53,524 nt of DNA from Guillardia theta CCMP2712 (Eukaryota; Protista; Cryptophyta). A program made the translations under genes and the position numbers. This document shows, in pieces, positions 23,903-37,100 of this stretch. How positions within the stretch are numbered: the stretch's first letter is position 1; each line of letters begins with the position of its first letter. Under the pieces are notes generated by a model. The model had not been told where the DNA came from. It ran no database searches and saw nothing but the letters and a program-made list of their open reading frames with translations. The stretch is taken from positions 647,744 through 701,267 of the forward strand of contig NW_005434642.1 in the NCBI RefSeq assembly GCF_000315625.1, in the 5' to 3' direction.

Positions 23903-24047
23903 CTGCCCAGACAGACGGTCAGGTACGCCCAATGCGATGACGTGCGTTGAATCCTCTGCATCATTTTACACAACCAGGGCAATGGCTACCTTCTTGGCAT
24001 TCTTGCTTACTGCTCTCCTGCTACAAGATGGCATCCAACATGATACC

Positions 24048-24146
24048 AACGTATCCTACATGACACAAACAGTGTGTCTGAACGTATCCGACATGACACA
24101 AACAGTGTGTCTGAACGTATCCTACATGACACAAACAGTGTGTCTG
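24048..24146. repeat. 33-bp tandem repeat x3
   Basis: AACGTATCC(T/G)ACATGACACAAACAGTGTGTCTG repeated three times. Confidence 0.95.
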
Positions 24147-24909
24147 GCACTAACTCTATCTCTACATGTCCTCTCGTTAAGCGTCCTATGCCTCTTCCCC
24201 TCCTCCACCCTTCTCAACCCTTCGCTGCATGTCCATCTGAGAGCTATTTTATCCGAGTGCACTGGCATGCCCACAGTGCGGCCGGGCCCGGCGCTCGCCG
24301 CCGCCGGGCCGGCCGGCCGCCGGAGGCTCCCCGGCGGCATGAGATCCGATGATCGGGTGGCGGGGGCCCTCGGTGTACTTGCTGTGCACCCTTGTACTCG
24401 ACTTAAAGGAGACGGCCGCATTCAGTATCCGCTGCCTTGAAGGCCTCCTCTTCATCAGTTCAACGGTTCAGTGTTTCTGTCACCGGGTACCGTGACGGTG
24501 CTCACTGAGCTCAGCCTCGGATCCGGGTCAATCAGAGGGGTTGCAAGGAGCTTTTGTACCATATATAAATCCTAAAATCTCTCAAAAACAACTTTCATGT
24601 AATTACTCAAAAATCATTTCTGGCGTACAGGCTAGCACCCGGTGACCGTGTGATTGAATCATTTGCGGTGTCACGGGGCCACAACTTGACGATTCGCAGC
24701 TGCCGCACGGCCGCCGCAGGCTCTCCGAGAGCCTCACTGACACGGCACTGTATCAGGCTCAGGGGCTTGTTGATCACTCCTATGGGTGCTTATGACCGTC
24801 ACAGCGGTGGCGGCCGCAGTCAGCTTGCCAGGTTCGCCAAGACCGCCATGTTCAATGACTGTCTGTCGGACATGCTTGTTCCTGGGTAGCTTTGCTTGCT
24901 TGTGCCTGG

Positions 24910-27733
24910 TTAGCTTTGCTTGCTTTGCGAGTCCGAGCTGGTGTCTGAGTGAGGCAAGGGAGGGTCGACAGTGAGCAGCTGAGAGAGGCTCGAGCTTTGA
25001 GGCCCCCGTATCCCCTGCCTGCCGCTCCTGCTGTAGTCGAAGTGAGTCTTGGGGGGCACGAAGACAAGGTCGTCGATCAGAGCTGGGTCCTGCACGCGAG
25101 GATCATTACAGGACAGCGACATGCTTCTGTGCCGCAGCATCGCGGAAGAGTCTCTGCTCCTGCTGCTCGTCTTGACAGGTGCAGACGTCGGTTTCGAGGC
25201 TGACTCAGGCGTCTTGCTCTCAGCAAAGGATTTCGATCGACTGCGATGGACGAACGTGCTGGAAGGCACTCGATTGATCACTTGCTGTTGCGCTCTTGAG
25301 TCGACGAGTCTCGAAGAGTCCTCAAAAGTTCCGCTCGCCTTGTCCTGGTCTTGTTCTGCCGGTGGCTCCAAGACTGCTGCATGCAGAAGCTTGGCCGCTG
25401 GGATCGGGCCGAGAGAGGGCGGGAGAGGCTCCGGAGCAGACGGCACTTGGGGGTTGTGGGAGAGGCTGCGAGTCACCTTGACGTCTTTGGTTGCCTGTTG
25501 GCTGTTGAGGAGAATTTTCCTGCCGATTGCTGCATCAGCTTGCGATGGGGCTGGTTGACTGGAAACTCCTAGTTGAGTGCCTGGGGGAGGGTCAAAGGGG
25601 AGCACATGGTCTGGTTTGAGACTGACTCACCTAGGACCTTCTCAAGGGACTGAGTGAAGGACTTGAAATCTTGTCTCAGCGCCTTCACGTCAGCTTCGAT
25701 CGATCTCAGGCGAAAGTCGTTCTCGTCCTCAACTATCTGACTGACGTGAATGAACTCTTCCTTGCTGATTTGATGATCCTTGTCAGAGTCCAGCCGCGCA
25801 ATCACGAGTGGATGGAGAGAAGGAGGAATGCCCAGCAGCTCCAGAGCTTCCTTGGCTTCATTCAGGTCCAACACGCCATTCTCGTCCTGGTCGACCTGAT
25901 GAAAGATATCGAGGACTCTGCCCGTGCCTCTGTTTGAGTAGCCCCACGAGTTGATTATATCTGACTGCTGTGCCGCCTGCATCGCAAGCAACTTCATCAT
26001 CAGAAACAGCGCAGAGAACTCCTTGCTCGACGTCTCTGCCATCGCATTCGACATCTTCCTCAAAGCGTATCGACGAAGCTCTTCTTTCATGATCTCTTGG
26101 AACTGATCACGGCTGAACTCGCCGTTGCTGTTGCAATGCCTTCCTCCTTCTGTCAGAAACTCGAAGTCGTCCTGCAGGATGTGGATCGGCGAAGAGGTCG
26201 GAAGCTGCTTGAGGCCTCGCTGGAACTCCTCGAAGTTGAGGCCACCAGACCCGTCCTTGTCCAACCGCTCGTAGGTCTCCGAGATGCGCTGCGTTAGATC
26301 CCTTTCGTTGACGAACAAGGCAAGATGAGCTGAGAGAGGATCGAGCACGCTCTTGGAGCGACGTAGCTCCTTCTCCTTCTCCTCTTGCTCTCGCTTCTCA
26401 GTCTCTATCTGAAGCTTCTCGGCTTGAATCGAGGTGATGAATTCATCCAGCAGCACCGCCACAACCACGTTGATGAGGAAAACTCCAGCGATGAGCACGT
26501 AGCTCACGAAGAAGAAAGAGGTCCAGTAGTCGAATTGAGTCTTCATCTCCGGTCCGTCGAAGATCGACCGTGTTACTGCAGAGGCCCAGCTGCATGATCA
26601 TCGTCAGTGCTGAAAGGCGCGGTCTCAGTCAAAGTTGATCGTTACCTGTCTCCTGTGACAACTTGAAACATCTGCGATACCCCAGCAAGGTCAGAACCGA
26701 TTAGGATAAGTGATTGTGTCACCGTGAAGAGCGATCTCGAGAAGGTTCCGAAGAAAGCTTCACTTCTTGCGGAGAAGAAGTGAGTTCCGAGAGCGGCCCA
26801 AATACAAGTAACAAGAGCGAGGATGATGAAGCTGTTGGCAACAGGAATGACGGCAGAGGCCAGGGCTGTGATGATTCTGTTGAGAGATTTCAACTTGCGG
26901 AAGACTCGAGCGACTCGGAAGACTCGGATAAGTCGAAACACTTTGAGCGAGGGAATCCCCGACGCAAGAACCGTCAGCAGCGACAAGCTGACAATGATTA
27001 CATCCAGGAGATTCCATCCATCAGATAAAAACTCCTTGCACCAGTTCTTGGACTTAGCAAACAAGTTGACAGCGAGTTCGAAGCAGAAAACAGAGGCAAA
27101 GAAGATGTCCATCTGATCAAAGAGGTTTTGAGTTGGACTGCCATCTTCTGGCAGAATCTCTGCTTGCACAAGATCCATAGCAAAGCTCGCCATGATGAGG
27201 CTTGCAATTACAGTCTGAGTTATTGAATTCTCATAAGCGCGCTTAACACGCAGTCTCCACAGTGCCAACGGTCCTTTTTCAGTTCTGTTCGCCTCTTCTT
27301 GCACCCAACGTGCATGTTTCGATTCCCTTTCAATGGCTTCCGACCATTTGCCAGCATCTGTACGGAGTGCTCTATGAATATAGGCTCTGCCGCTATTGAA
27401 TCCGTCAGGAATAGTCTCAATGATGATTTCCTGGTAGTCATCGTTGCTTTCGTCTTCATCCTCTTGCAGAAAGACCTTGTTGATCTCGTGCAAGGGGATG
27501 TGATCGATGATCAAGTCTGTCGAAGGGTTCGCGAAGTACAAGCACTCCTGCGTCAAGACGGCCAGTCGCGGCATCCATGTGATGGTGGAGCCGACGCGTT
27601 TCTTATCGATGAGTCCTTCTCTGATCCGCGAGGACTCAGGTGGCAGCGTGAAACTTTTTGCCATGTCTTCGGGCACTACATTCTCGTGAACGATGTGCCC
27701 TGCATTTCGTATCGCGGAGATGGCTGCTGCCAT
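24910..27733 (-). CDS. Single-domain voltage-gated cation channel (EukCat/BacNav-like) with N-terminal PH domain and C-terminal EF-hands
   Basis: PH-like IREGLIDKK...WMPRLAVLT...IIDHIPL...KWSEAI. S3 DGWNLLDVIIV; S4 LKVFRLIRVFRVARVFRKLK; pore FTMFQVVTGDSWAS; S6 FLINVVVAVLLDEF. EF loops DKDGSGGLNFEE, DQDENGVLDLNE, DSDKDHQISKEE. Exons 27733-26723, 26671-26646, 26589-25631, 25568-24910. Confidence 0.9.
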
Positions 27734-28714
27734 GATGAGGGATCTGAGAGGAGGATATGTTAGTTTCAGCCATTTCATGCCATTGAAACAAACTAGTTGC
27801 CATGCGACTGAAGCACAAGCATCTGACATGCACATACAACAACTATGCTTATTCAAGCTTTACGCAAGCATGTAAATAATCTGATTCGAACCTGTATGGT
27901 GGCCGATGTTAACAAGAGAACGGATGATGATCAGAGACAATGCATCACAGCAACAGCGCCTTTACGATCACCGTGAACAATCGTACTGTTCTCTTCCTAA
28001 ACTACGCATGCCGCCGCGCTCTGGTCAATTGCTGAGAGCCACCCCCCATCTTTTTGACTTGTGAACCCCCTATTCCCCTGACTACCCCCTCGTTCCCCAC
28101 AGAGTACCTCTGCGAAGCGTAACTTTCAGCCTTCCACCCACCCACCCGGTGACCCACCTACGACGCAAGCTGCAAGGAGCTGACCACCCCTGCAAGACTC
28201 CAATAACCCACCGGTCATGCTAGAACCTTTTCGCACCCCATGATCCATTTGTTAACTTTCGCAAAGGGCCCGGGGGTATTCTAGACTACCTTGTTGTCCC
28301 GGGGTCGGTACCCTACAGGCTGTTGGATCACGGTAGCTCGGATACAGAGGGGTGTAAAGTGGGGGGTCACCGATCTACAACCCCACCCCCCACCCCCCCT
28401 ATGCTTTACACGTTAAATTTTTCTTCGGATTGCTTTACTTTTGCCCAGTTTTTGTACCAACAACCGGACCACCCCCTCGCTTCCCCGATAAATCACCCCT
28501 CTCCTCATGCCTATCAACCACCCCCTTTCGTCCATGTGACGATTGCACACTACCAACCGTCATGGACCCGGCCGTACCCGCCTGCTGCGGGCCCGGGCCG
28601 CGGGGCCCCGGCGGCCGGGCGGGTCGGCCGTCACAAGTTGAATGCTAATCGGACTGACTCCCTCAGTGAGCAACTTGAAGCAAATCGGCAAGTTACGTGA
28701 CTCACTGGCGACAG

Positions 28715-30014
28715 CTAAAAGTAGGCTCCTGCAAACTTTCCGACGCCAGTTGACCCGGGCCCCATGAAGTGAGGAGTCGGCATGTCGTCTCTCGGCCCGT
28801 CTGCCATGCTGGCGACCTACAAATGGAGCATCAAACGTGTCCGGGGCGACACATATCCGATAGAATCGCAAGCTTACAAGCTCGGTCATGGTAGAACGCT
28901 CGTCAGAGGACACAAGTTCGTCGCCGATGCCTGGCAAGTTATCCACGGGGAGGTTTTCGTTGGCCTGCGCAGCAATCAGTTGTAAAGAGGACCGACAAGG
29001 GCTCACTTCGATATGATCTGCGTTCTCATCATCTGACAGCTCTGGGGCGATTGTGTGCTTTGTAACATGACCACCTGTCTCTACCACCATCCCGGCAACT
29101 GAGAAAGGATTGTGCAAAGTGTGGAGCTTCCCAACAGCTTCCTTGTACTTGAGCTCGAGGTCTTGTATACGGTTCTCGAGCCCGCTCAATCGACCTCGTG
29201 CTGACTTGTACCGAGTTTTGAACTCCATATTTCTTCGCAGCAACATGTCTCTCTCTGTCTCCAGTCGAATTCTCTCCTCGTGTTCCCATGCATATCGCCT
29301 CATCGCTCGTTCATGATACAATTTCAAGTCCTCCTGCAGAAGCCGCTCGCGGAAAAGAATGTCATCGATCCTAGAGATGTTATCGGCGGTGTTTGAGCAA
29401 GCCTGCCATGTCTGAACCATCGCATGGGAGGCGAAGCTGTGCGATTGAGAGGCCTCGGAGAGTTTGCTGTCAGAGGTGTGGCCCATGATGCGAGACTCGA
29501 TCAGCTGCAGGTCGTTGTGCTTGGGGCCAAAGTCGAAGTCGACGTGCTTCACGTGGATATCAGGATGAGATTTCTCGCAGGTGGAGGTGTAACGACTGCC
29601 GTGACTATCCTCTAAGGTCAAGCTGACACTCTTGACGTTCTTGTGCCGGTCAAAGTGAGCGTCGAGATCTTGCAACGTGTTTGCATAGCACGGTTCATCT
29701 TGTATCATGAGGAGGGCGTCTCCTACCTCAGGCACTCTTGATGCCCTAGACGCACCTCCGTTCTTTAGGATGCCATGAACCAATATCTTGCTGCTTGTTA
29801 GCGAGAAGATGATGCCAACTCCAGCACGGGCAAGCACACTTGTCAGCTGAACTTTACATTCGCCCTCGTTCGACGACGTTGACTCAGACAGACTTGTTTC
29901 GTGATAGTGAAGTTCGCATGCCGAGTTAGAATCCTGGTTCTCCTGCCCGTAACTTGCCAGTTCTTTCCTCAAATACTCTTGTCCTGCTGGAATAGCGATC
30001 TGTGAGCCAGCCAT
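28715..30014 (-). CDS. PDZ-like domain + coiled-coil protein
   Basis: AGVGIIF...ILVHGILKNGGASRAS...EVGDALLMIQD (PDZ-like) and coiled coil EERIRLETERD...LENRIQDLELKY. Intron after 28878; last exon ends KFAGAYF*. Confidence 0.7.
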
Positions 30015-30170
30015 CTCTGTTTGAGGCACCGCAGTACAAGCTGCTGCATCAGCATCACCCACAACTCGACTGAATATTCATTATCAGTGATCAAGAACAG
30101 CACAAGTCAATCTGATTGTTACCTGTCGTTCTCATTTGCTCCTTGTTTGCTCTGATGTGATAAATTCAGG

Positions 30171-30869
30171 ATTAGCGCGAACAGCTTGCAAGAGCAAGAT
30201 GAAACAAGTCACATTGATGTCTGCGTTGGATTGAGTTGACGGTGAGCGGGAAATCCTGCATCTCTTATGAGAACATCCTAACACCAACTAGCCCGCGTAC
30301 CGGGCAGCTGCGAGAACTGCAGCAGCAAGGTGATCTGTTCTCTTCTTCCAATCATCTAGACCTCGTCTACTGGACTCCTCCTGCCATTCAGCTTTCAGGA
30401 GGGCAGCAACTTAAAGCCTTCCCTCACCTCTGCACTCGAAGAGATGTTGGTGGGGAACTGCAAAGCCTGAGGGGAAGGAGAGGATTGTCGGGTGATGGGA
30501 GGGACAGCATCTAATCGTCAGGTCAGAGGAGACGGCCACATCCCGCACGGCGTTTCTTGCAGCAACCTGCCGACATTCGAGGTCGCAGAGGAGGGGAACC
30601 GGAGAATCCTCGCCTTGGACGAGATCCTGACAAGCTTGTTACATCATGCCGCCGCACTTGGCGGCAAGGTTGTACCTGTGTTGATTATCATCCCGCGATC
30701 AGCCTGGGGAGAGGGATGGTCTGCGTTCACCGCCGAAACATTAGACTCAGCTAAGGCCTGTGAGGTTCTGAATCACCTGTGGAATCGCTACGATGAGTTT
30801 GCTGAGCTCCTGGCCCTTCCGGCAAAGATTGATTCGTTGCTGAAGGAGAACTTGAAGGAGACGTCGTGA
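30171..30869 (+). CDS. Small multi-exon hypothetical protein
   Basis: Exon-like segments (NLPTFEVAEEGNRRILALDEIL; ACEVLNHLWNRYDEFAELL) separated by short intron-like gaps; structure unresolved. Confidence 0.35.
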
Positions 30870-32309
30870 CCCTACGACTCTGCAACAATCAGACTCAGTG
30901 TCTGATATCTTGACGATCTTGAAGCATACAAGTCGAGGAAGAGGAGGTTTGGGTGAAAGTCGGTTGCTACTCATTGGCGGACACGGCTGTCAATCTACAG
31001 GCATCCTGCCCATTATAACGATCAGACCTTCAGCAATGCAAGCTTTCAAACTGTGAGCAAGATTCAGGCTCATTCGAGATGAAAAGTACAAGAACACAGC
31101 GAAATGCTATAATTCAGTGTCACACCTAGTTTAGGTAAGTTACATCACTCCTAGTTTAGGTAAGTTACATGGGATCAAGATTTTAGCAGAACAGATAAGG
31201 ACAAAAAGAAGCGTCACAGGAGAATGCAAAAGATACAAATATACGTGAATCAGATCCTGGAATCACTATTGAAAATTAATGGAAACGAATAGTTACAATG
31301 GGAACATGTTGCAACACTTTTCACGTTAACGTTATCCTTGTCACGCCATCGAGAGTAGAAGCAAAGCTGCAGCAACACAAAGCAACACAATCTACTAGGC
31401 TACAGCAATGCAAGGCTCGGTCAGACAGATAGTCTAACTGAACATGAAGAATTGAAAGGGCAGGAGGGGGCGGTGGGAGGGGGCGGGAGACTCGGGAGGA
31501 AGGGGAAGGGACCCGAGAGGGGGGAGACAAGAAAGTAGTGGGGCTGAGAGGAGTTTGAAGGAAGACGGGAAAGCGTGTCCGGGGAGGAACTGCTAGAGTC
31601 GCGAGTAAGAGGAGACTGAAACTTAGAGCTGGAAGGCTGCCGAGAGGGAGGAGGGGAGGGGAGGAGAGGAAGGACATAGCCCTGCATGGAGCTGCGCCCA
31701 CAAGCCTAGCTGCCGCCATTGTGGCGCTCAGCGGCTCTGATGAGAAACGGCTGGTAGCATCCAGAAAGAAGAGCCGTCTAGAGGAATGGTAGAACCTGAA
31801 CTAGGACCTCGGTACCTAGCTCACGGTACGACCTCCTGCCGCAGCCGGGCCGGGCCCCGGTGGGGAGCCTCGGAGTTTGTTCTCAGAGAGATCGGACCCG
31901 GCGGCCCGCCGGGCCGGCCCGGCGCGGCTCGTTGAACCGGGCCTCAAGCGCCTCCCGACGCCGGGGCAGGGCAGCCCGGGGATCGGACGGGTCGGAGCGG
32001 CGGCGACTATGCGGCCTACACACATTCTCCACACTGACAATCCAGGTTGATTGTTCCGATGATAGCCTCCACTTACATGTGACCGTCGCTGAGACGCCGA
32101 GATCCGATCGGATTCAAGTTGAAGTTATTCTTTTTTCTAATTTATTCATTGCCACCGTTGGCAGGGCTAGTGTGACACAGGCTTTGACTGACTCGTACAC
32201 TGTCATGATACGCCCGGTAGTGATCGGCGAGTCGCCGGAAGCCTTGAGAGGAATCTCGGAGCTGCAAAACACGCAAATGTGTATGGATGCACAGAGTTCA
32301 CAGTGGCAT

Positions 32310-33738
32310 CAAAACCCTGTAGCGAACGTGAGTTGCTCCAACAACATCATAACAAGATCTAGACCTCTTAGCTTGTCGAGCGTATCGAACTGATCTTGCA
32401 AGACTGCGTCAAAAGTAGTCGCATCATAATCCATCTCCTGCAAAACTCACAAGCTTCAGCGTGTTTGGTCTCAATCTCTCTCGGCTACCAATAGTCGAGC
32501 TAAATGCATGGAAGTTGAGCTGACTGGTGCCCATGGCTCGATTTGATGGCTCGAGTTTAGTAGGATCGTACTCTCAGTTCTTGTTGTGCTCCGAAGTCTG
32601 TGCAGCAAAATCTTAAGCATTCTCACAGCGAAACGACAAACGTGTCACATTGTGCGGAACTTGAGCACGGCACCTCGCAGCTCATGCTCGTTCATTTCAC
32701 TGACATTTTTTTTCATCAGGAGATCCATCTCCTCGTCGTTCAATCCATCCAGAAGACAGGCCTGCCTGCCATGCTTCCTTGTACTGCTCTGAGTCCGGAG
32801 GTTCACCTTGAGAAACGATCATCCACGCAGACGGCAAGAATGGACAACGTGCGACTCATTCTTGTGCTGCATACAGAACTTAATCTGTCCACCTGACTGC
32901 TACACCATCAGCTGAAGCACTTGCTGTTGACTCCTACCTCGCCATAGCTGGCTTGCTTCGTGCAGTTTTCCATGCGGCACTTCCTACTTGCGACATTCTG
33001 CATATCCTTAGTCCTTGCAGAGCAATCAGGCATAAAAGCGCAAAAATTTGAGGAGGTCCTAGATACCTGTGCAAATTGCAGTAAACAGGAGGAGAGCCAA
33101 CCAGCCCGAAACATGGCTGCTTCGAACAGCCTTCCTCTCTTCGGCGCAAGGCGATCACGAGAGCACTTGATTGATGACAGCAGTTACCTGCACTTCTTGT
33201 GGAGCCATTGTCTCGGAGTGCTGCCCCTTCTGTCGCTTCTTTGCTTGAGGTAAACTTGTCACGCTGCTGTGCAACCAAGAAAGAGGGGAGCTCACGGGAA
33301 ACGAGGACCGGATTCTTCTGTGCCTGCTATGCTGTACACCAGAAGAAAACGGCAGGTCTGCGTTGAAGGGCATTGAGGTGGGAGGAGTCAGCAAGAGCAG
33401 CTCACACCATGGATCACTCGGTGCAAGGCCTGCTTATGCTCTTGACAGTAGAGCTTGATGCTCGTCCCTGGATGTCCGTGCATCGCCTGGTGCTTTCGTG
33501 AACTCAAATACCACAAGGTCAGCAGTACTTGGTTGGAGCAGCTTCCTTGCAGGCAGACGTCAACATGCTCTAGCTGAGGAGGGGCTGGAGGGGCCGGGTT
33601 CAAGGGAGACAACGCGGAGAGGAGCGCGTTGTTGTTCTCATGCAGCTCTTGAGCGACCTGCCTCCATTGAAGGTCGTGCTGTGGAACATGTCCCAAGGAC
33701 GAGGCGAACAGCAAGAGTGAGAGAACAAGTATGCTCAT
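32310..33738 (-). CDS. EsV-1-7-type Cys/His-repeat protein with signal-peptide-like N-terminus
   Basis: MSILVLSLLLFASSLG; repeats CLQGSCSNQ..KLYCQEHK, GCSKQPCFGLVGSPPVYCNLHR, CRMENCTKQASYGE..KFCMQHK. 3' exons uncertain. Confidence 0.65.
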
Positions 33739-34107
33739 ATCAAGCAGCCTCTGCCTCGAGCCCGGGCACCATGGTAGCCCGGGCACCATCCCAATTCCTC
33801 TACCCGGAGGCGGGCAGAGCATGAAGCCACAAGTCAATCATCCTGCTGCTGCTCTTACTCCTGCTCCTGCTCTTACCCCTGCTCCTGCTCCTCTCATCGA
33901 ACAGTCCCGAGCCAGGGTCTCTGTCACAGCATGTAACTCCTGCACGACATCGGCATGGGCACCCACATGGGGATGGCAGCTGGTACGGCACCGGAAGGGA
34001 TAGTATCTTGCATTGGTCAACCATCATCCCGGAAACAACTTCCAGTTTTTTGTTGAGCTCCGAACCTCGGAGATTTCTCCATGCTGAGGGAGTAGCGAGA
34101 TTCATAG

Positions 34108-37100
34108 ATGCAATGCTCGCGCTGCCTGGCGGCTTTTCTGCTGGTGATGCATGCAGTGGGAGGAGAAGAGAAGAGAGATCTCGGCGTTCTGCGTCAGTTA
34201 GGACACCATGAAGACTCCTGGTCCTTTCCTGCTATCGTGACCTCAACTTGTCTCCCTCCTGCTGTCTCGCCTGGTTTCTTGTCTGGCCGCATCTATCACA
34301 GCTTCCTTGGCCCGCGGTTCGATCTGTGTCCGCGGGAGTTTGCGGTTCCATTCCACCATGACACCGTCGTCATGCGTTCTTACTTGTTGGTTCGACCAGT
34401 GGACCAGGAGAACTGCCGCAGCATCGTCGCACTCGTGGCTGAACGATTAGCGAGACACCCCAGCCATAAACGATACGCGAAGATGAGAAGCTGCGTCAGG
34501 TCTGTAGCAAAGAGAATGCTCGAAGACTGGGAGTATGAGATTGCGGTCAACATGTTCGCCTCTGAGCTATCTCTCAGAAGCAGAGTGAATACAGCTTTGC
34601 TCTGTGATGCGTTGCAGCAACAGATTACCCTGTTCGATGCGTGGACAGAGGATCGCCTGCAAGAGGTTGAAACGCGTGAAATTGACCTGCCTGACTTGAC
34701 AAGTGCGATTCGATTGGCAACGACGCAATGCAACATCACCTTATGGTGGCTGTGCAACGATACAAGGCCCGAGAGTGAAGCCTTGGAGTTGTTGACACGA
34801 TGGAATTCGTTGCAGTTGTTGGCCTCCAAGACTGTTGATCAAGCTCTTCGTATTCTTGTCCATGTCTGCAACAAGCTAGTGGATGATGCATACATGCGAT
34901 GGTTGGGAAGGCCAGCAGATACAGCAGGGTTGAAGGCATACTCGAGTCTGATCCTCAATGAGGGGAAGACTGCTCAGCACATGAGAGCAATCCTGCAAGA
35001 AAGTGACGAATACAAGGGGAGGTGCAAGAGATTCGATTGCACGTCAGCAGGAACGATGGTAGAAAAGGCCTTCTTGGACGAGCTGCTCCGAGAGCCCGAG
35101 CAGCAGGCGGTGGAATCCTACTCAAACCTCCTCATCAGCACTGGAAACCTCTCCCTTGTCGTTGAGATTCTCAGAAACTCTTCTGAATATGCGGAACTTC
35201 ACCGCATTAAGGGACGGGCAGAGCAGGTCGGTCGGTACGTGCGCATGCTTGACGACAGTGACGAGGAGTGGCAGACACTCAAGGAGGTAGAGGCGGTGTT
35301 TGCTGAGGTGTTGGGAAGGAAGCCGGACAGGAGAGGAGCCTCTTCCTACACGCGTGAGATTCTGTTGGGACATCTGACGCCGCAGGAGCTTAGAAATGCC
35401 TTGCAAGAGAGCGACGAGTTCAACAACATCGCCTCCTTCCTCTCTCGCTCCTTGACACTCACTGAGGCTGTCAAATGGTCCCTCCCAACCTGTCTCAGTG
35501 ACCTGCCGCTCGCATCCCTCCTAAGCAAAGAGCCTCAGATTGAAGTTTACACCTGTACGTGCTGCCTTCGCTCTGTCGTTTTGCTCCTTCGTGGCTTCTA
35601 TGTCCTCCTCTACTTCTCTTCCTTGCCTGATCAATGTTCATACAGACTCCTTGTCTTTTCTCCGATCACGGCGAGATTACGGAGCAGGCAGGTGGTGTAG
35701 GAGACAAGATTGCAACAGTCCTCATACGAAGGTGCTACCTGTGCTCGTACACCAACTGTTGCTCTTACTCTAAATGTTGGCAGAGCTGTGGGCACTGGCC
35801 GGTGGAGCTTTACAACATCATAGAATTGGTTGGGCAAGAGAAAGCTTGTAGCCAGTACAATGAAATCTCCCTCTCAGATGGTTTTGGGCGACGATGAAGA
35901 TGAACAGCTCAAGTCATTCAGGTCGTCGGCGCTTGCGGGGCAAGAGAGAGAGCACGAAGAGCGCTGGCCAACCTTGGCTTTCGAAGATCGTCTTCGAGAT
36001 CGGAGAAGCATCGTAATCGATATTTGCTATCTCATCTCGTGACCTCTATCCAACATCTCCTCTCGCGCTGCTCCCCTCAGTGCTCTTACAGAATGTCCGA
36101 GCTTGTACTGACTGCTTCGTTATGACCTCAGGCTTCGATGTATAGCGAATTGTATGGTCGTTTTCCTCTGCCGCGTGAATTATCTGCAGCAATCTCTGCA
36201 ATCTCGCAGAACGGGTGATAGACAATTGAAGTTGTTCCTTCCTGTGACTGACATGTGACAGTTCGAGTCTCGATGTGTTGGAGAAGAAGATGAGGAATGA
36301 ATCTAATCATGTGCTAGATTCCTCGATGTTGATAAATTTTGGTGTGAATTTCTGTGTTGGAAGATGAAGGCATTGCAAAACACAACCGACACGTACACCA
36401 AGTGGTTGGACGCGGTTCAAACGATGGTTTGACAATAATGCGTGAGGTTTTAAGGCTGACATGTTACCTGCCAGGTCTCTCTCTTCGACCTCTTCGACTT
36501 GTCTCTGCCTGAGGAGATTCATTCCTGCTTTCGCAAGGTCGACATGATGCCATCAAGCCTCATCTTACTTGAGGCAGGGGATGGTTTACAGCTCAGCTCA
36601 GAGCAAGCTCGGGTCCGGTGACGTCATTCGAGTCTGAGCGCGATAACTTGGAGTAGGTTCGCCTGTTTGGCCTCTGAGTCCATCGAGAAAACCCTTGAGC
36701 AGGCGAGTCGCTCATGTCTCAGGGCTTGAAGTTTGACGTCTCGTGACAGGGAGCGGCCGAATCGTCTCCTCCATGTCTATGCAGATCGATGAGCGAGAGA
36801 GTTTGTCAGAGAGGAATGCTTTTATGCAGGTTGATGCTCCCTTGATCTTTCACGGCATAATCTCTCCTCTCCTCTCTGCTCCTGTGCTGTCCTGTTCGTG
36901 TCGTGTCGTGTCGTGTCGTGTCGTGTCATGTGTTGTCTTGTCCTCTAATATGAATCAGATGGGTTCATGACGATGATTGCAGACCGTTGGAGTCCATGGT
37001 AATTCCCAGCGAACTACATCACTGCAATCAAGACACACACTTGTCATATCTTACGTGTATTTCATCGAGATGCATCAATATGGATGAGCTGAGTTGTGAA

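Noticed and set aside
24048-24146. CRISPR-like 33-bp repeats
   Set aside because: Contiguous units with no unique spacers and no cas genes; eukaryotic context.
30900-31719. Possible minus-strand gene starting MAAARLVGAAPCR
   Set aside because: Splice-like signals exist, but I could not assemble a consistent frame or recognise a product.
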